DNA of 64,000 nt from the NCBI RefSeq assembly GCF_009914755.1, contig NC_060934.1; one strand, given 5' to 3'. Positions 1-15,129 of this stretch are shown here, one piece after another. Origin of the DNA: the human T2T-CHM13v2.0 reference genome, Homo sapiens. The translations under genes and the position numbers were made by a program. The notes under the pieces are model-generated. The model was not told the origin of the DNA. It ran no database searches and saw only the letters and a program-made list of their open reading frames with translations. Positions within the stretch are counted from its first letter, which is position 1. Each line of letters begins with the position of its first letter.

Positions 1-1243
1 GGCTGAATTTCCATTTAATCATTCTCAAGAAATCAAAAGACACTTTAGGATTAAATGGCAAACCTTTTAAGTAGGAATTCCTCAGCCAAAATGGCCAATT
101 AGCATTTAAACTGCAGAACTGCATTATGTAAGAGGAAATGAGTAACTGAAAAAAGAAATTATCTTCCTTATTAGTTAAAAAGGTAAACCAGAAACATGGA
201 GTTATCACAAAACAAGCATTCTCTTCTAGAACAGGAGAGATACACAGGACTTTTGTTTCAAAAAGAATTAAAAGGATCCATGTTATTGACCTGTTCTCAT
301 GCTTTTAGCTTTAATTGGCAAAATTAGCTCAGGTGAATAATATTAGAAGACACCTCTAATTATATATTTTGTTGCATCACACAAGTGACTCAAAAGCTCC
401 ATGTTTATGACTTTAAATTGATTTTTTTAAATAAATTACTTTATGTATTGGAAAGTAATGTTATATTTAGAAATAGCCTAGATTCAATTTTTTATATTCA
501 TAAAATCTTGGCTTATTTAAAGCTCCTTCCCCATCTTCCAGTGTGCACCTCAGGGGCTTAGAGACTAAACAGAGTAAGAGTTGGCTTAGGAAAAAAACCA
601 CATTTCTGCTATGACTGCTCATAAAGGAAAATTTAAAACCTTCCAGAAATGTAGTTGAAAATGGCTCTTAAGCAATTGTTTATTATCTTTCTTCATGTAT
701 CATCAATTTTTAGACTCAGCTTTCACCAAGCTCAATAATTATGTAAATTTCAAATGTTGGTTCTCACCAATATTTAGTAATGTTATTGTTGTGCATGTTT
801 GTATACATACTTTAAACAAATGAAAAGGCAAGCAAATTCAATGGTTATTATTGCTGCTGTTGCACTTTGCAATGTTTTTCTTCTTTGTCAGTTCCTCATT
901 ATGGTATCCCAGAGGGTTTCATGACATGGACTTTTGTAATATGCCACATGTGGTGAAGACCAGCAGTTCAACACCAGAAGGAATCTGACCAGTGCTCACT
1001 GCAGCAGCTCCAGAAGGGATAGGGATTTGCTTAGGGAATAAAGAACATGGACTGCACTCTCCATAGGACATGGGTTTTTTGCATCAGTAGTCTGGATGAT
1101 TACCTAAAAGCATGACGGTAAATAACCGATGCTTTTTCTCACCCACCTCACTCATTGCAAAACCAGCCAAGATCTTTCATCTGTTGAGTGACTTGAGATT
1201 TTGCTGTAAGAGTAATCATTTTTGTTTACCAGGATGGTAATAC

Positions 1244-1676
1244 TGAAATTGACCCAATTGTCTCATAGAATGTTCTTTTTGATAAACGTAGAAATTGACC
1301 CTTCTGATCTTAAAAAGCTTGAAACATATTTGTTTTATCTGAGTTCCTTCCTCAGGAGACCACCTTCAGGCCTCACAAAAAGTACTGAAGAACTGAAACC
1401 AGATCATGGTATCGATGCTGGACCCCTCATTCACCATGACGGCTTCTTTACCTCTCCCAAGTTCCTGTTTTCTTACACATTGTTACATTTCTTGCCTGCA
1501 ATATAAACCCCTGATTTTATTCAGTCAGGGAGATGGATGTGGGACTGAGCTTCTGTCTCCTTGGCTGTGGCACCTGATTAAAGCCTTCTTCCTTGACAAT
1601 ACTTGGCGTCTCAGTCATTGGCTTTCTGTGCAGTAAGCAGCAGGACCTAGACCGAACCCCTGGTGTTTTAGTAGCA
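1244..1676 (+). mobile_element. LTR26-family solo LTR (ERV1)
   Basis: TG...CA termini. Starts TGAAATTGACCCAATTGTCTCATAG and ends GACCTAGACCGAACCCCTGGTGTTTTAGTAGCA, like the LTR26 consensus. 4-bp flanks ATAC/ATGC. Confidence 0.75.
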
Positions 1677-2284
1677 ATGCTACTAAAAAAGACAAGATTG
1701 TTTTTTGTTTGCTTTCTGTAAAAAACAACAAAAGCAGAGATATATAGATGTATACCCATTCAAACATTATTTTCTTTGAAAAGTTAATTCAGACTTCTCA
1801 TTGACTAATTGAATGATGACAATCATTTAAAATATGGCCTATCATATAATTGTTCATGGAAAAACATTATTAACAGGTTGGCCTATCTTTTTCAAGACTT
1901 TTATAAATACTTGTGTATGCATGTACTATATATATATATTTAATAAATCTTGAATTATTCTGTATATGCCATTTTGTAATTTGTACTTATCTATGCATTA
2001 TCTTTAAACATTTTCTCAGGTTGTTCTTATGGGTTTTAGTGTCCAATCATGTTATATTTTCATCATATATTTGAACAACTTCTATTGTTGAATATTTTGG
2101 AGTATTTCACATTTTCTCTTGTTTTAAATAATCCTGTAGCAATTACATTTGTGTAAAAATCTTTGTATACTATTTGATTATTTCTGTACTAGAAGAACGA
2201 TTGTATGTCATAGAATGAGTATATTTTGAAGTTCAATTATTATTATCATTTTTATTACAGCAGTAATGTAGAGACCCTCTAAAA

Positions 2285-2510
2285 TAACAATTATTAAGAT
2301 TACACACAACTATTACACTGCTCACTGTGTTTCTAGGCACTGTGCTATTATATCAGACTTAACTTAATCTTCAATAAAACACTGTTGAATAGTTCTTTAT
2401 ATTTTCTCAATATTATTGATGAGGACATTTGGGACTTAGGTTGAACAGCTTGCCCAAAACCAAACAATTGATAAATGGCAGGGCTGCCTTACTCTAGAAT
2501 TGTGTTTTCA
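2285..2510 (-). mobile_element. MIR SINE fragment
   Basis: Degenerate MIR core: aggcactgtgcta...gatgaggacatttgggacttag...cttgcccaaaac. Confidence 0.6.
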
Positions 2511-2995
2511 AAAAAGATGATGCAGTTAGAAAATTATAGGACAGTTTTGATTTTCACACAGATTAGGAGAGGATGCATTTGGAGAATAGACGCCAAGGAT
2601 GTTAAATCTTCTGCAATGAGTGAGAGAGCCCCACACAACTTTAGGGTGTTTCTGGATATTCATGTAACCAATTATCTAATTTTCTGATCCTAAAACCTAA
2701 ATCTGTTTTATACATAAATACAAATAACATTTGCAGGGTTTTAATATGCAATAAATTTACTAATGATGCAAAGCTTACTTGAGTGAAGATAGACCTGAAT
2801 ACAAATTTGTTTTGATCAGAACTTTACCAAGAGTTGTTCAACATTTTGGAAAATCAGGTAGCTGCTGACATCACAACTGTAGTATGTGAGCCTCCAATAC
2901 AACACCCTTACAGTCATCTAAATTTGGAGTGGTCAGGTTCATGGTGACTGTATGCATAGGTGTGAGTGGGATCACTTTATAACATCTTCTAGTCT

Positions 2996-3140
2996 GGCTC
3001 GGTGCAGTAGCTCACACCTGTAATCCCAGCACTTAGGGAGGCAGAGTTGGGGGGTTCACTTGAGCCCAGGAGTTCCGGATCTGCCTGGGCAACATAGCAA
3101 GACCCTGTTCTCCACAAAAAGAAAAAAAAAACAGAAAAAA
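2996..3140 (+). mobile_element. Free left Alu monomer (FLAM_C-like)
   Basis: Single Alu arm with A tail. Diverged TSD ACATCTTCTAGT/ACATCTTTTAGT. Confidence 0.85.
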
Positions 3141-3564
3141 TTGGTACATCTTTTAGTGTGGTTGTGCCTGGGCATGAAATCCATATTTTTATCATAAAGT
3201 ATTTCTCTTTGATTTTATATTAGTATAATAATTGCTTAATACTATGTGAGCACTGTGTGTTACATTAGCACTTGATTTTTTCCAGGAAAGTAAAGGAGTG
3301 ATTCAACCTATTAGTTATAAAAAGGGTATTACATATGATAGGACTGAGGATAGCAAAATGTACATGTCTGGGGTACAGAGTAAGGGGTACATTTACATGT
3401 TAAATATAGACACACATAGAGGAACTCACACCTGCACACACAGCCTGAACTCTGATACAACATGTCTGTGCTTTTCAAATTGTCATTCTCAATCTTTTAG
3501 TGAGCCATGACATCAATGCATAGGTTGAGACCAGAATTTTTTAATGACATAAAGTAGAACAAAT

Positions 3565-3660
3565 TAGAATGGAATGAAATGGAGTAGAGTGGAGTAGAGT
3601 GCAGTGGAATGGATGGAATAAGAGGAGATGGGATGAAATAGAATAGAATGGAAGAGAATT
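3565..3660 (+). repeat. Degenerate (GGAAT/GGAGT/AGAAT)n pentamer simple repeat
   Basis: Direct reading of agaatggaatgaaatggagtagagtggagtagagt... Confidence 0.8.
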
Positions 3661-3961
3661 CAGTATCAGTTTTGTCTGTTTTATATACCTGTGCTTATAA
3701 GGACATATTGTAAAATGCATCTCTTACTTTGGGCCAAAAAGGTGAAAGCCATTGAGCTACACTACCATACTTTATACAGAAAGCAAGTAACATTTTCAGG
3801 GGTTAATCATTTTTCTGTACCTGAGTGTCGAAGTTGGTTTTGATAGTGATTGATGGGAGAGGAAGAAACCCAAAGATACCAGTGATTACTACACATCTTG
3901 AGTCCTCTCTTTCACAGTTTGCCTGAATGGAAGTGATGGTGCTGGCACAAAGCCAATTCCT

Positions 3962-4295
3962 TGTCTGAATGTCTGTGTTCCCCAAAAATTTGTATGTTTA
4001 AATCTAATCACCAAGGTGATGATATTAGAAGGTGGGGCCTTTGGGGTTGATTAGGCCATGAGGACGCCATCCCATGAATGGGATTTATGCCCTTGTGAAG
4101 GAGGCCCCAGAGAGCTGCCTTGCTTCTTCCACCATGTGAGGACACATGGAAAGCACCATCTATGAGGGAAGGGTCCTCACCAGACACCAAATCTGCTGAT
4201 GCCTTGATCTTGGACTTCCCAGCCTCCAGACCCATTGCAATGTTTATATATTACCCAGTCTAAGGTATTTTGTTACCACAGCCTGAATAAAGACA
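3962..4295 (+). mobile_element. MLT1A-type MaLR solo LTR
   Basis: Typical MLT1A motifs: ccaccatgtgaggacaca, gccttgatcttggacttcccagcctccaga, ggtattttgtta...aagaca. Confidence 0.85.
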
Positions 4296-5149
4296 ATTCC
4301 TCATCCTCTTTCATTATGACTGACACTGAATGTGCTTGCCTATGCTACAGCTACTGGAGATTTTGCTGTTTGCTTTGTGTCACTATTTGGTCTTACAGTT
4401 AAGAAATGGATAGAAATTACTCTCCCACATCTTTGCCTCCTTCTGCTTTTTTCTTCTCCCTTCCCTTCATTGCATTGGTTCAGAGAGGCTGCGTCCTCAT
4501 GACTCCATTTCATCCTGGCTTCCCAGACTCCTTACTTCAGGGATCTATAAGGTGATGCTTTCCCCCCGCCACCCCCACTGTTTCTTTGAAACTTACCTGA
4601 TCTCCATGTCATGACTCTGTGGCCTGACAGATGACCACGAAGTTATTTTTCAAGACACTGATTCAGACTAAAATAGTAATGGATGTGTATGTGACACCTT
4701 CTAGGAGGTATTTTTATTTCTAATGGAAGTAGAGTATTAATGAAAACGAATGAAAGTAGCATAAGAGGCATATTTGGCTGGGGTGGAAGTGAGTTGTGGA
4801 AATTTCGACAGTTTCTTTCTTATAAGGAAACCAGGAGAACCTCTGCCTAAACATACAACTGGTCTTCATTAAACTCCAGACACTCTTTCAGTCTGTTTCA
4901 AGCATGACACAAATTAAACCATTACTATATTTTTTAAAAATATTATTTAAACAGTTTGTTACTTAAGGCAAATTCAGAAATAGACCCAAGAAATTTTATT
5001 TATGTTGTCAACACTCTACTGGGCAATTATAACTTGAAAACTTACATCATTATTTAGCCCTACTCTTTCTTTGCTATTTTGGTCCAACATGTGCTGAGTT
5101 TTTCTGATTTACACCCAGAATGTTTTGTTCCTTGATTTGATCCCTCCTT

Positions 5150-5640
5150 TCTTTTCCTACGGCAGCTGTATTCATTTTATCTAGATGGAATATTTCAAGA
5201 GCCTCACAATTTCTTCTCTTTCTCTTATTCATTCACTTTGTCATTTGTATTATACCTTCAAAACCATAGTTCTGATCATTTCACTCACTTGTGCAAAATC
5301 ACTTGTGTCCCTCAATTACCTATAGAATAAAATCCAATCTTCTTCCCTTTGAATTCCTCAACCATCTGGCTTCATCATTCCTTTTACTCATTAGCTAAAA
5401 GAAATTAATTGTTGCTCATTGAATATCCCACATACTTCTGTAATTATACCTTTGCTTACTCTTATACATAAATCTTACTGGAATTTCCTTCCCACAATGT
5501 CTGTGGTCCAGAATCCCTTATAATTTTTAAGGGCCAGAAGAAATATCACCTTTTCTAAGATATCCACAATACTTGCTTCACAGAATGAACACAATCTTTT
5601 TTTCCCATCATAACTATCCTAACACATTGTGTGTTAAATT
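5150..5640 (+). mobile_element. L2 LINE 3' fragment
   Basis: Degenerate L2 motifs (tctgatcatttcactc, cctatagaataaaatccaa). Confidence 0.55.
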
Positions 5641-6212
5641 CTTGACCACTTTTTTTCCCTTTTTACTGTTTTTACTTAAGAACAACTTTATATATAGTAA
5701 AATGCACAATTCTCAATAGTATAGTTTAATGTGTGCTAAGAAATGCATACCCCTGAAATAGAGATACAGAGTATGTGCATTATCCCAGAAAATTCCCTAT
5801 GGCCCTTGGACAGTCAGTCTCCACTACTACTCCTTGCCGAATGCAACTAGTGTTCTGATGTCTTTGACTACAGATTATTTTTACTATTTCTACGACTTCA
5901 TATAAAAGGAATCATTCAGTATAATAGTGTCTTCTTTAATATTGTAGTTTCTTTCACTTAAACTATATTTGAGAGTAAACCATATTTTATCACCTATCAA
6001 TTGTTGATTATTTTTAATGCTTAGTTGTATTCCATTGGATGAGTACAACATAACTTGTTCATTCATGGATGAAAATTTATTATTGTCAGTTTTTTGGCTA
6101 TTAGAAGAAAGCTACTATGAACAATCTTTATGCACATACATTTTCATTTATCATGGATAAATACTGCCATATTTTCCAAAGTGTTTAAAACCTTTTATAC
6201 TCTAATGAATAA

Positions 6213-6590
<378 letters not shown>

Positions 6591-6599
6591 TAAGTTACT

Positions 6600-6705
6600 G
6601 GAGAATGGTGTGAACCTGAGAGGCGGAGCTTGCAGTGAGCGGAGATCGCCCACTCTACTGCAGCCTGAGCAACAGAGCAAGACTCCATCTCAAAAAAAAA
6701 AAAAA
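6600..6705 (+). mobile_element. AluY 3' fragment
   Basis: Right-arm sequence ggagaatggtgtgaacc...gagcttgcagtgag plus A tail. No TSD seen. Confidence 0.9.
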
Positions 6706-7144
6706 TGTGATTTTTGATTTTCAAAAATCAAAAATATTTGGGGGATTCTACAAATATCTTTCTGCTTTTAATTTCTACTTTACTTCTGCTATGTTTGGAA
6801 AATACACTCTCTGTCATGTCAGTAGTCTTAAATTAATGAGATTTATGTCTCATCATATGGTGCATCTTTGTAAATATTCCATGTGTACCTGAAGAGCATG
6901 TATATTCTGCTGCTCGTTGATGAACTGTTGTATTAGGTCAAGTGTACTGAGGGTGTTGATCAGATCTTCTATATCCTTACTATTTTTTGTTTTACTTTTG
7001 GTTAGTTTCTATTAATAATTGAAACAGAAGAGTTAATATCTTCAATTATAATTGCAGATTTGTCTATTTCTCCTTTAATTATCTCAGTTTTTGTTTTATG
7101 TATCTTGAGTTTCTTTTATAAGGTGAGCATATATGTCTCCTTGA

Positions 7145-7446
<302 letters not shown>

Positions 7447-7829
7447 AAAGAATTGAACTTTTTATCATTATGAAATGTCCTTCATTATCTCAGTTAATAC
7501 TCCATGCCTTGAAACATACACTTTCTACCCACTCCAGCTGTTTTATGATTAACATTTGCATGGTTTATCTTTTCCCATCATTGTACTTTTAACCTAGTTG
7601 TTTTCTTATATGTAAAATAAATCTCCTGTTAAAAGCATATAGTGAATCTTGTATGTGTGTTTTCTAGACAGACAATTTGTACTTTAAATTGTGGAGTGTT
7701 TCATCCGTTTGCATTTAAAGTAATTATTGATGTAATTGGGTTTACATCCTGTCATTTCTCCCACTATTTGGCCCATCTATTCTTTGTTTCCCTTTGCTTC
7801 TTGTCCTCACCTCTTTTGGATTAATAAGT

Positions 7830-7846
7830 GGTGTGTGTGTGTGTGC

Positions 7847-7878
<32 letters not shown>
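7830..7878 (+). repeat. (TG)n microsatellite
   Basis: Direct reading. Confidence 0.95.
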
Positions 7879-7880
<2 letters not shown>

Positions 7881-8110
7881 TCTGTTTTATCTTGATTATT
7901 GTCTCATTAACAATACACTTTTGTTTTAGTTTTAGAGGTGGGTCTATGGTTTGCAGCATGCAAACGGAGAGCATATCACAGTCTCTGTCGAAAAGGCAAT
8001 ATTACATACCACTTCACATATTAGATGAGAGATGTGTAACAACATACTTTCACTGCTCCCTCATCCTTTATTCCACTGTTGTATATTTTATTTTATTTTG
8101 TATATACCTT

Positions 8111-9724
<1,614 letters not shown>

Positions 9725-9795
9725 TACTTTTATTTGGAGTTGCACCAATATTTTTGGTTCCTAAGACCAATGGGTCGCTCTTATACTTTAAAAGT
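9725..9795 (-). pseudogene. MT-TL2: mt-tRNA-Leu(CUN) NUMT copy
   Basis: Reverse complement ACTTTTAAAG...CCATTGGTCTTAGGAACCAAAAATATTGGTGCAACTCCAAATAAAAGTA. 71 nt, TAG anticodon. Confidence 0.93.
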
Positions 9796-9854
9796 TGAGA
9801 AAGCCATGTTGTTAGGCATGGGGGCATGAGTTAGCAGTTCTTGCATAGTTTCTC
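9796..9854 (-). pseudogene. MT-TS2: mt-tRNA-Ser(AGY) NUMT copy
   Basis: Reverse complement GAGAAAC...AAGAACTGCTAACTCATGCCCCCATGCCTAACAACATGGCTTTCTCA. 59 nt, no D arm, GCT anticodon. Confidence 0.93.
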
Positions 9855-9923
9855 AGTAAATAAGAAGTTACAGACTTCTATTATCAGATCCACAATCTAA
9901 TATTTTGACTAAACTATATTTAC
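9855..9923 (-). pseudogene. MT-TH: mt-tRNA-His NUMT copy
   Basis: Reverse complement GTAAATATAGTTTAGTCAAAATATTAGATTGTGGATCTGA...CTTATTTAC. 69 nt, GTG anticodon. Confidence 0.93.
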
Positions 9924-10415
9924 AGGGTATAAAGCCTATAATTATTTTAGGGTTTAGAGATAAAAAGAATAGGTGAAAGATGTATAAATATTAATATATT
10001 TTCTCTTGTAAAGGAGGGTTTAATACAGTTAATATAGCATGTACATGTTCCTCGTTGTATTGTGACAAGTATATAAAGGGAATAAAGGGCTGTGGTTAAT
10101 ATATTAAGTCCTATAAGCATAATGGTAATGTTTGATCAGGAGAATGAAGCTATTATTACAAGGAGTCCTCCTATTAGATTAATGGTGGGGGGTAAGGCAA
10201 GGTTGGTAAGATTTGCTGTAAGTCATCAAAAAGCTATTAGTGGAAGTAATGGTTGAAGGCGTTAAGAGAGCAGTATAATTCGGCTGTGGACTCACTCGTA
10301 ATTTGAATTTGCTAAGCAGAATAGTAAGGACAGAGTAAGTCTGTGGGCAATTATGAGGGTAATTGCACCAGTAAAGCTTCAGGGGGTTTGAATAAGGATA
10401 GCCATGATAACAAGG
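9924..10415 (-). pseudogene. MT-ND4: MT-ND4 pseudogene fragment (3' ~490 nt)
   Basis: Reverse complement contains CAAACCCCCTGAAGCTTTACTGGTGCA (QTPWSFTGA) and AACCTTGCCTTACCCCCCACCATTAATCTA (NLALPPTINL) in the mitochondrial code. Confidence 0.93.
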
Positions 10416-10419
10416 TTAA

Positions 10420-10714
<295 letters not shown>

Positions 10715-11142
10715 TTAAGGTTCAATTTTTAAAAACAAGTTTTAAAAAAAGAAAATGTCTTTATTTTTACCAGTGTAGTTCCTACTTCCATGGCTTTTAT
10801 TTCAAAGTGTAATCCAAATTTCCATCTGACATTTTTCTCCTTTAGTCTGAAGAACCTTATTTGACATTTCTTTCAATGCAAGTTTGTGGTGCTGAATTCT
10901 TCTAACTTTAGTTTATTTTAAAATGTCTTTATTTCAACATCATTTTTTAAAAATGTTCACTGGTTATAGAATTCTAGATTGACATGTTATCTTTTCTTTC
11001 AGTATTTTTAAGATAGAATTTCCTTGTCTTCTGGCTTGCATTGCTGTCTTTTTTATAAGAAATACAATACTTTTTATTTATGTTTTCCTTCTATTTGTGG
11101 TGTATTATACTTAGTGTTTTGTTGCTTTTTAAGGTTTTCTCA

Positions 11143-11262
11143 GACCTGGAGCAGTGGTTCATGTCTGTAATCCCAGCACTTTGGGAGGCCAAGGCAGACA
11201 GATCACTTGAGGCCAGGAGTTTGAGACCAGCCTGGCCAACATGGTGAAACCCCATCTCTACT

Positions 11263-11321
<59 letters not shown>

Positions 11322-11486
11322 TAACTGGGCATGGTGGCTCATGCCTGTAATCCTATCTACTTGGAAGGCTGAGGCACAAAAATCGCTTGAACTCAGGAGG
11401 TGGAGGTTGCAGTGACCCGAGATTGTCCCACTACACTCAGCCTGGGTAACACAGTGAGACTGTCTTGAACAAAAAAAAAAAAAAAA
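11143..11486 (+). mobile_element. AluSz-like with a (CA)n tract in the middle A-rich linker
   Basis: Alu dimer with a (CA)n tract at ~11264-11317 between the arms. Confidence 0.9.
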
Positions 11487-12247
11487 GTTTGCTTTTTATC
11501 ATTGTTTTTTTCAGAGATATGTCTATGATAGTTATACAAGTTTTTATTGTGTATATGTTCAATCTGCTTGTAATTTAGTGAATGCTTAGGATCTAAGAGT
11601 TGATATTTTCAGCAAATTTGGAAAATTTGGGGCTATTTCTTCAAATACATTTTCTATCCCAATTTCTTTCTCCTTTCTTCCTAGGAGTCCAATTGCATGT
11701 ATTTGAGAACATTGGATATTGCCCCACTGTCTTTAAAACTGTCATTATTTAATATTTCAGCATTTTTATTCTATGTGCTTTTTGTTATTTTTTAATGCGA
11801 TTTCCTCAGCTTTTCTGATATTGTTTCCACAGTATCCAATTTACTAACTAGTTAAGTGATTAACTAATTTTAGATATTTTAGGTTTTAAGGTCTGGAATT
11901 TCCATGTAAACATTTTGTACAATTACCATTTCTCTACTGAGATTCCCCATCTGTTCACTCATTAAGCTCATTAGTTCCTTTATATCTGTCAGCTAATTCC
12001 AACCTCTTTGTCATTTCTGGGTCTATAATTACTGACTTTCAAAAAATTCATTAGTTATTGGTCACTTTTTTATATCTAGTAATTAAAATGAAAATTATGG
12101 TGGATATTGTGAAATATCACTTTATCAAAAGCCAAGATTTTTTTTATGAGTGATTGTTTGGTTTTGGTAGACAGTTTACTAACAGTTTTTGCTTCATTTT
12201 CCAATGGTCTGTAAAAGCTTTGTAAAGGTGGATATAAAGTCAGTCTT

Positions 12248-12556
<309 letters not shown>

Positions 12557-13216
12557 TCAGGTCTCAGATAAATGCCTGGTTTTTCAGTGAGGTCTCTGTG
12601 TGCTGCTTGGTATTCCTCCAAGAACTTAAGGAGAAAGCGATGTACATTTCCATGGCTGCTTCTCAGCACCACTTCTTCCTGTACTTTTCCCTTTCCTGTA
12701 CATGCAGCCTGCCTGGCAGCCTTGAACTCTGATTTCTGACTACCCATTTCATTGAGATCTCTCTTCTCTGCTTGGACAGCACATCTCCGCATTATTTCTA
12801 GAAAGTGCCTCCAGGCAAAAGGCTGGAGCCATCAGGAAGCTCAATTTATGTGTTTTCATTCTTTCAAGTATCACAGCCCTATAGTGCCTGTGTTTAATTT
12901 TTATAGTTGTTTATCGTGGAAAGGTCATTCTGGTTATAACAGTTACTCTGTAAGAGAAATGCAAGTTGCTCTTGACAATATTTTACTTTGCATTGTAGTT
13001 ATTCTTGTATATGCCTTATCTTTCTTAGCAGACCAGAAGCACCCTGAGGGCAGAGTCCACCCATTCTTTATCTTTGCTTTTTCTCCAGAGCATTCTACAC
13101 AGCCTATATGCTATTTATTATAATTATTTAATTTGATTAAATATTTAATGAAAAATCTTTAGAATAAATAAATAAAATGAATGAAACAAAACACTTTATG
13201 AACTTTTGGAATAATT

Positions 13217-13537
<321 letters not shown>

Positions 13538-13909
13538 GGAATAATTTCAAAGGCCACAAAATCCATTACACAGACTAGTTTTCTTCGACTCATCAGTTAT
13601 TTTGTTTTCTGCAGCAATCACAAGAATATCTAAGTTCCTCATACTACATTCTTCCCCTGCTGATTCACAAATTTATTATAATCAGAAAGCATGTGAAAAA
13701 CTGAGAAATGGGAGAAAACAATCACTGACTGCCATTTGGTAATAGGAGTAATTATTAGGAGTCAATTCGAGCATTGCTTTTAATCTTTTGAGTTGCTTTG
13801 CTGGTTGTCATTCTCTATAACTACTAAAAAGTCCAACTAGAATTTGTTTTCTTGCTCACACAGGCAAAGATGATGTTTGGAGTTCAGTGGTCAAGAAAAC
13901 CCCGATGAC

Positions 13910-14038
13910 TGCACTTCTGTATGTTTTTGTTTAACTTGTGGACAAAGACTTGTGGATAGGTGCAAAAAATAAGTCCTCTTTTGCAACCTGGAACTCATTG
14001 TTCAGTATGAGTTTTGATACATATAAGAAGGGATATTA
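13910..14038 (+). ncRNA. SNORA40: SNORA40 (ACA40)-like H/ACA snoRNA retrocopy
   Basis: Matches the recalled SNORA40 sequence TGCACTT.TGTATGTTTTTGTTTAACTTGTGGACAAAGAC...GAACTCATTGTTCAGTATGAGTTTTGATACATATAAGAAGGGATATTA. Two hairpins (TGCAC/GTGCA; GAACTCAT/ATGAGTTT), H box ANANNA at ~13964-13972, and an ATA box 3 nt from the end. Confidence 0.85.
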
Positions 14039-14094
14039 TGATACCTGAGACAGTTAACTGATGGGAGTATTGATAACCACAGAGGTTGGTTCCA

Positions 14095-14390
14095 GGCCAG
14101 GCTCAGTGGCTCATGCTTGCCATCCCCATACTTTGGGAGACTGAGGTTGGAGGACTGCTTGAAGCCAGGAGTTTAAGTCCAGCTTGGGCAAGAAAGTAAC
14201 ACCTTATCTCCACAAAAAATTAAAAATTAGCTGGGTTTAGGGGCATGTGCCTGTACTTGCAGCTACTCAGGAATGGGAGGCTGAGGCAGGAGGATTGACC
14301 CCAGGAGTTGCAGGCTGCACTGAGCTTTGATGGCACCACTGTACTCCAACCTGGGCAGCAAAGACAGACCCTGACTCTTAATTTCAAAAA
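14095..14390 (+). mobile_element. AluJ-like, highly diverged, inside the retrocopy
   Basis: Heavily mutated dimer with an eroded tail. Decayed TSD AGGTTGGTTCCA/AGATTGATTCTA. Confidence 0.85.
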
Positions 14391-15012
14391 GATTGATTCT
14401 AGGACTGTAGAATAGATAGTTAAAAAGCATGGGATATGAGGGAAATCCTCAGCTGTATTAAATTTGTATTCCAATTTCATGTTGACTTGATACAGAAGAT
14501 GGCATTTGGTTTTAAAAGCTTTTATCTTGAGAACATGATGTCTGGAGTTAAAGGTATTGACATATTCCACACATCTGTACTATTGAGTATGATTGCTTAG
14601 GGCATCAAATTGAGAACGAGGCAGATCCACCTATACTAAAAATGACCCTAAAGTAAGTTGGTTAAAGAAATTAGACCTCAAAGATTCTTGATTTTTCCAT
14701 AGGTGAATTTTGAAGTCTTCATCAGTATATCCATGTAAAAAGGAGATGACAAAAACCAAAATAAAATAATTATGGGCTGACAGGACAACTGGATTAAAAT
14801 AAGCATCAGTTTCAGTAAAAAGGGCTAACTTGAAGATAAATCTTTTGAAGATAAATTTTGACACCAGTTCTTTAGAGGATCTAAAGTGACCTTGATGGAG
14901 AATGAAAGAAATCACAAGATGGAATTCCTCGAATAAAAATTTATTGACTTTAAATAATTTTGCCTAATGTTACATACACACAATTAAAAAAAAAACACCT
15001 CTTTATGCTGTT

Positions 15013-15068
<56 letters not shown>

Positions 15069-15074
15069 AAAGAA

Positions 15075-15128
<54 letters not shown>
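15013..15128 (+). repeat. (GAAA)n tetranucleotide microsatellite derived from the retrocopy poly(A) tail
   Basis: Direct reading. It lies between the poly(A) signal and the right TSD. Confidence 0.95.

Positions 15129-15129
<1 letters not shown>

Larger units (their letters stand above)
13910..15126 (+). pseudogene. Retrocopy of a snoRNA-headed host transcript (SNORA40 plus downstream TAF1D-like non-coding sequence and poly(A))
   Basis: TSD AAGAAAACCCCGATGA (13893-13908) / AAGGAAACCCTGATGA (15127-15142). AATAAA at 14932 and ATTAAA at 14983; A-rich tail from ~15013. SNORA40 is hosted by TAF1D (established). The identity of the downstream sequence is from recall. Confidence 0.78.

Noticed and set aside
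3565-3660. HSATII/III satellite
   Set aside because: Only ~100 bp and very degenerate; better treated as a simple pentamer repeat.
9725-9923. Three tRNAs as functional genes, or the window as mitochondrial DNA
   Set aside because: They are mitochondrial-type tRNAs inside a decayed NUMT flanked by L1 and Alu sequence.
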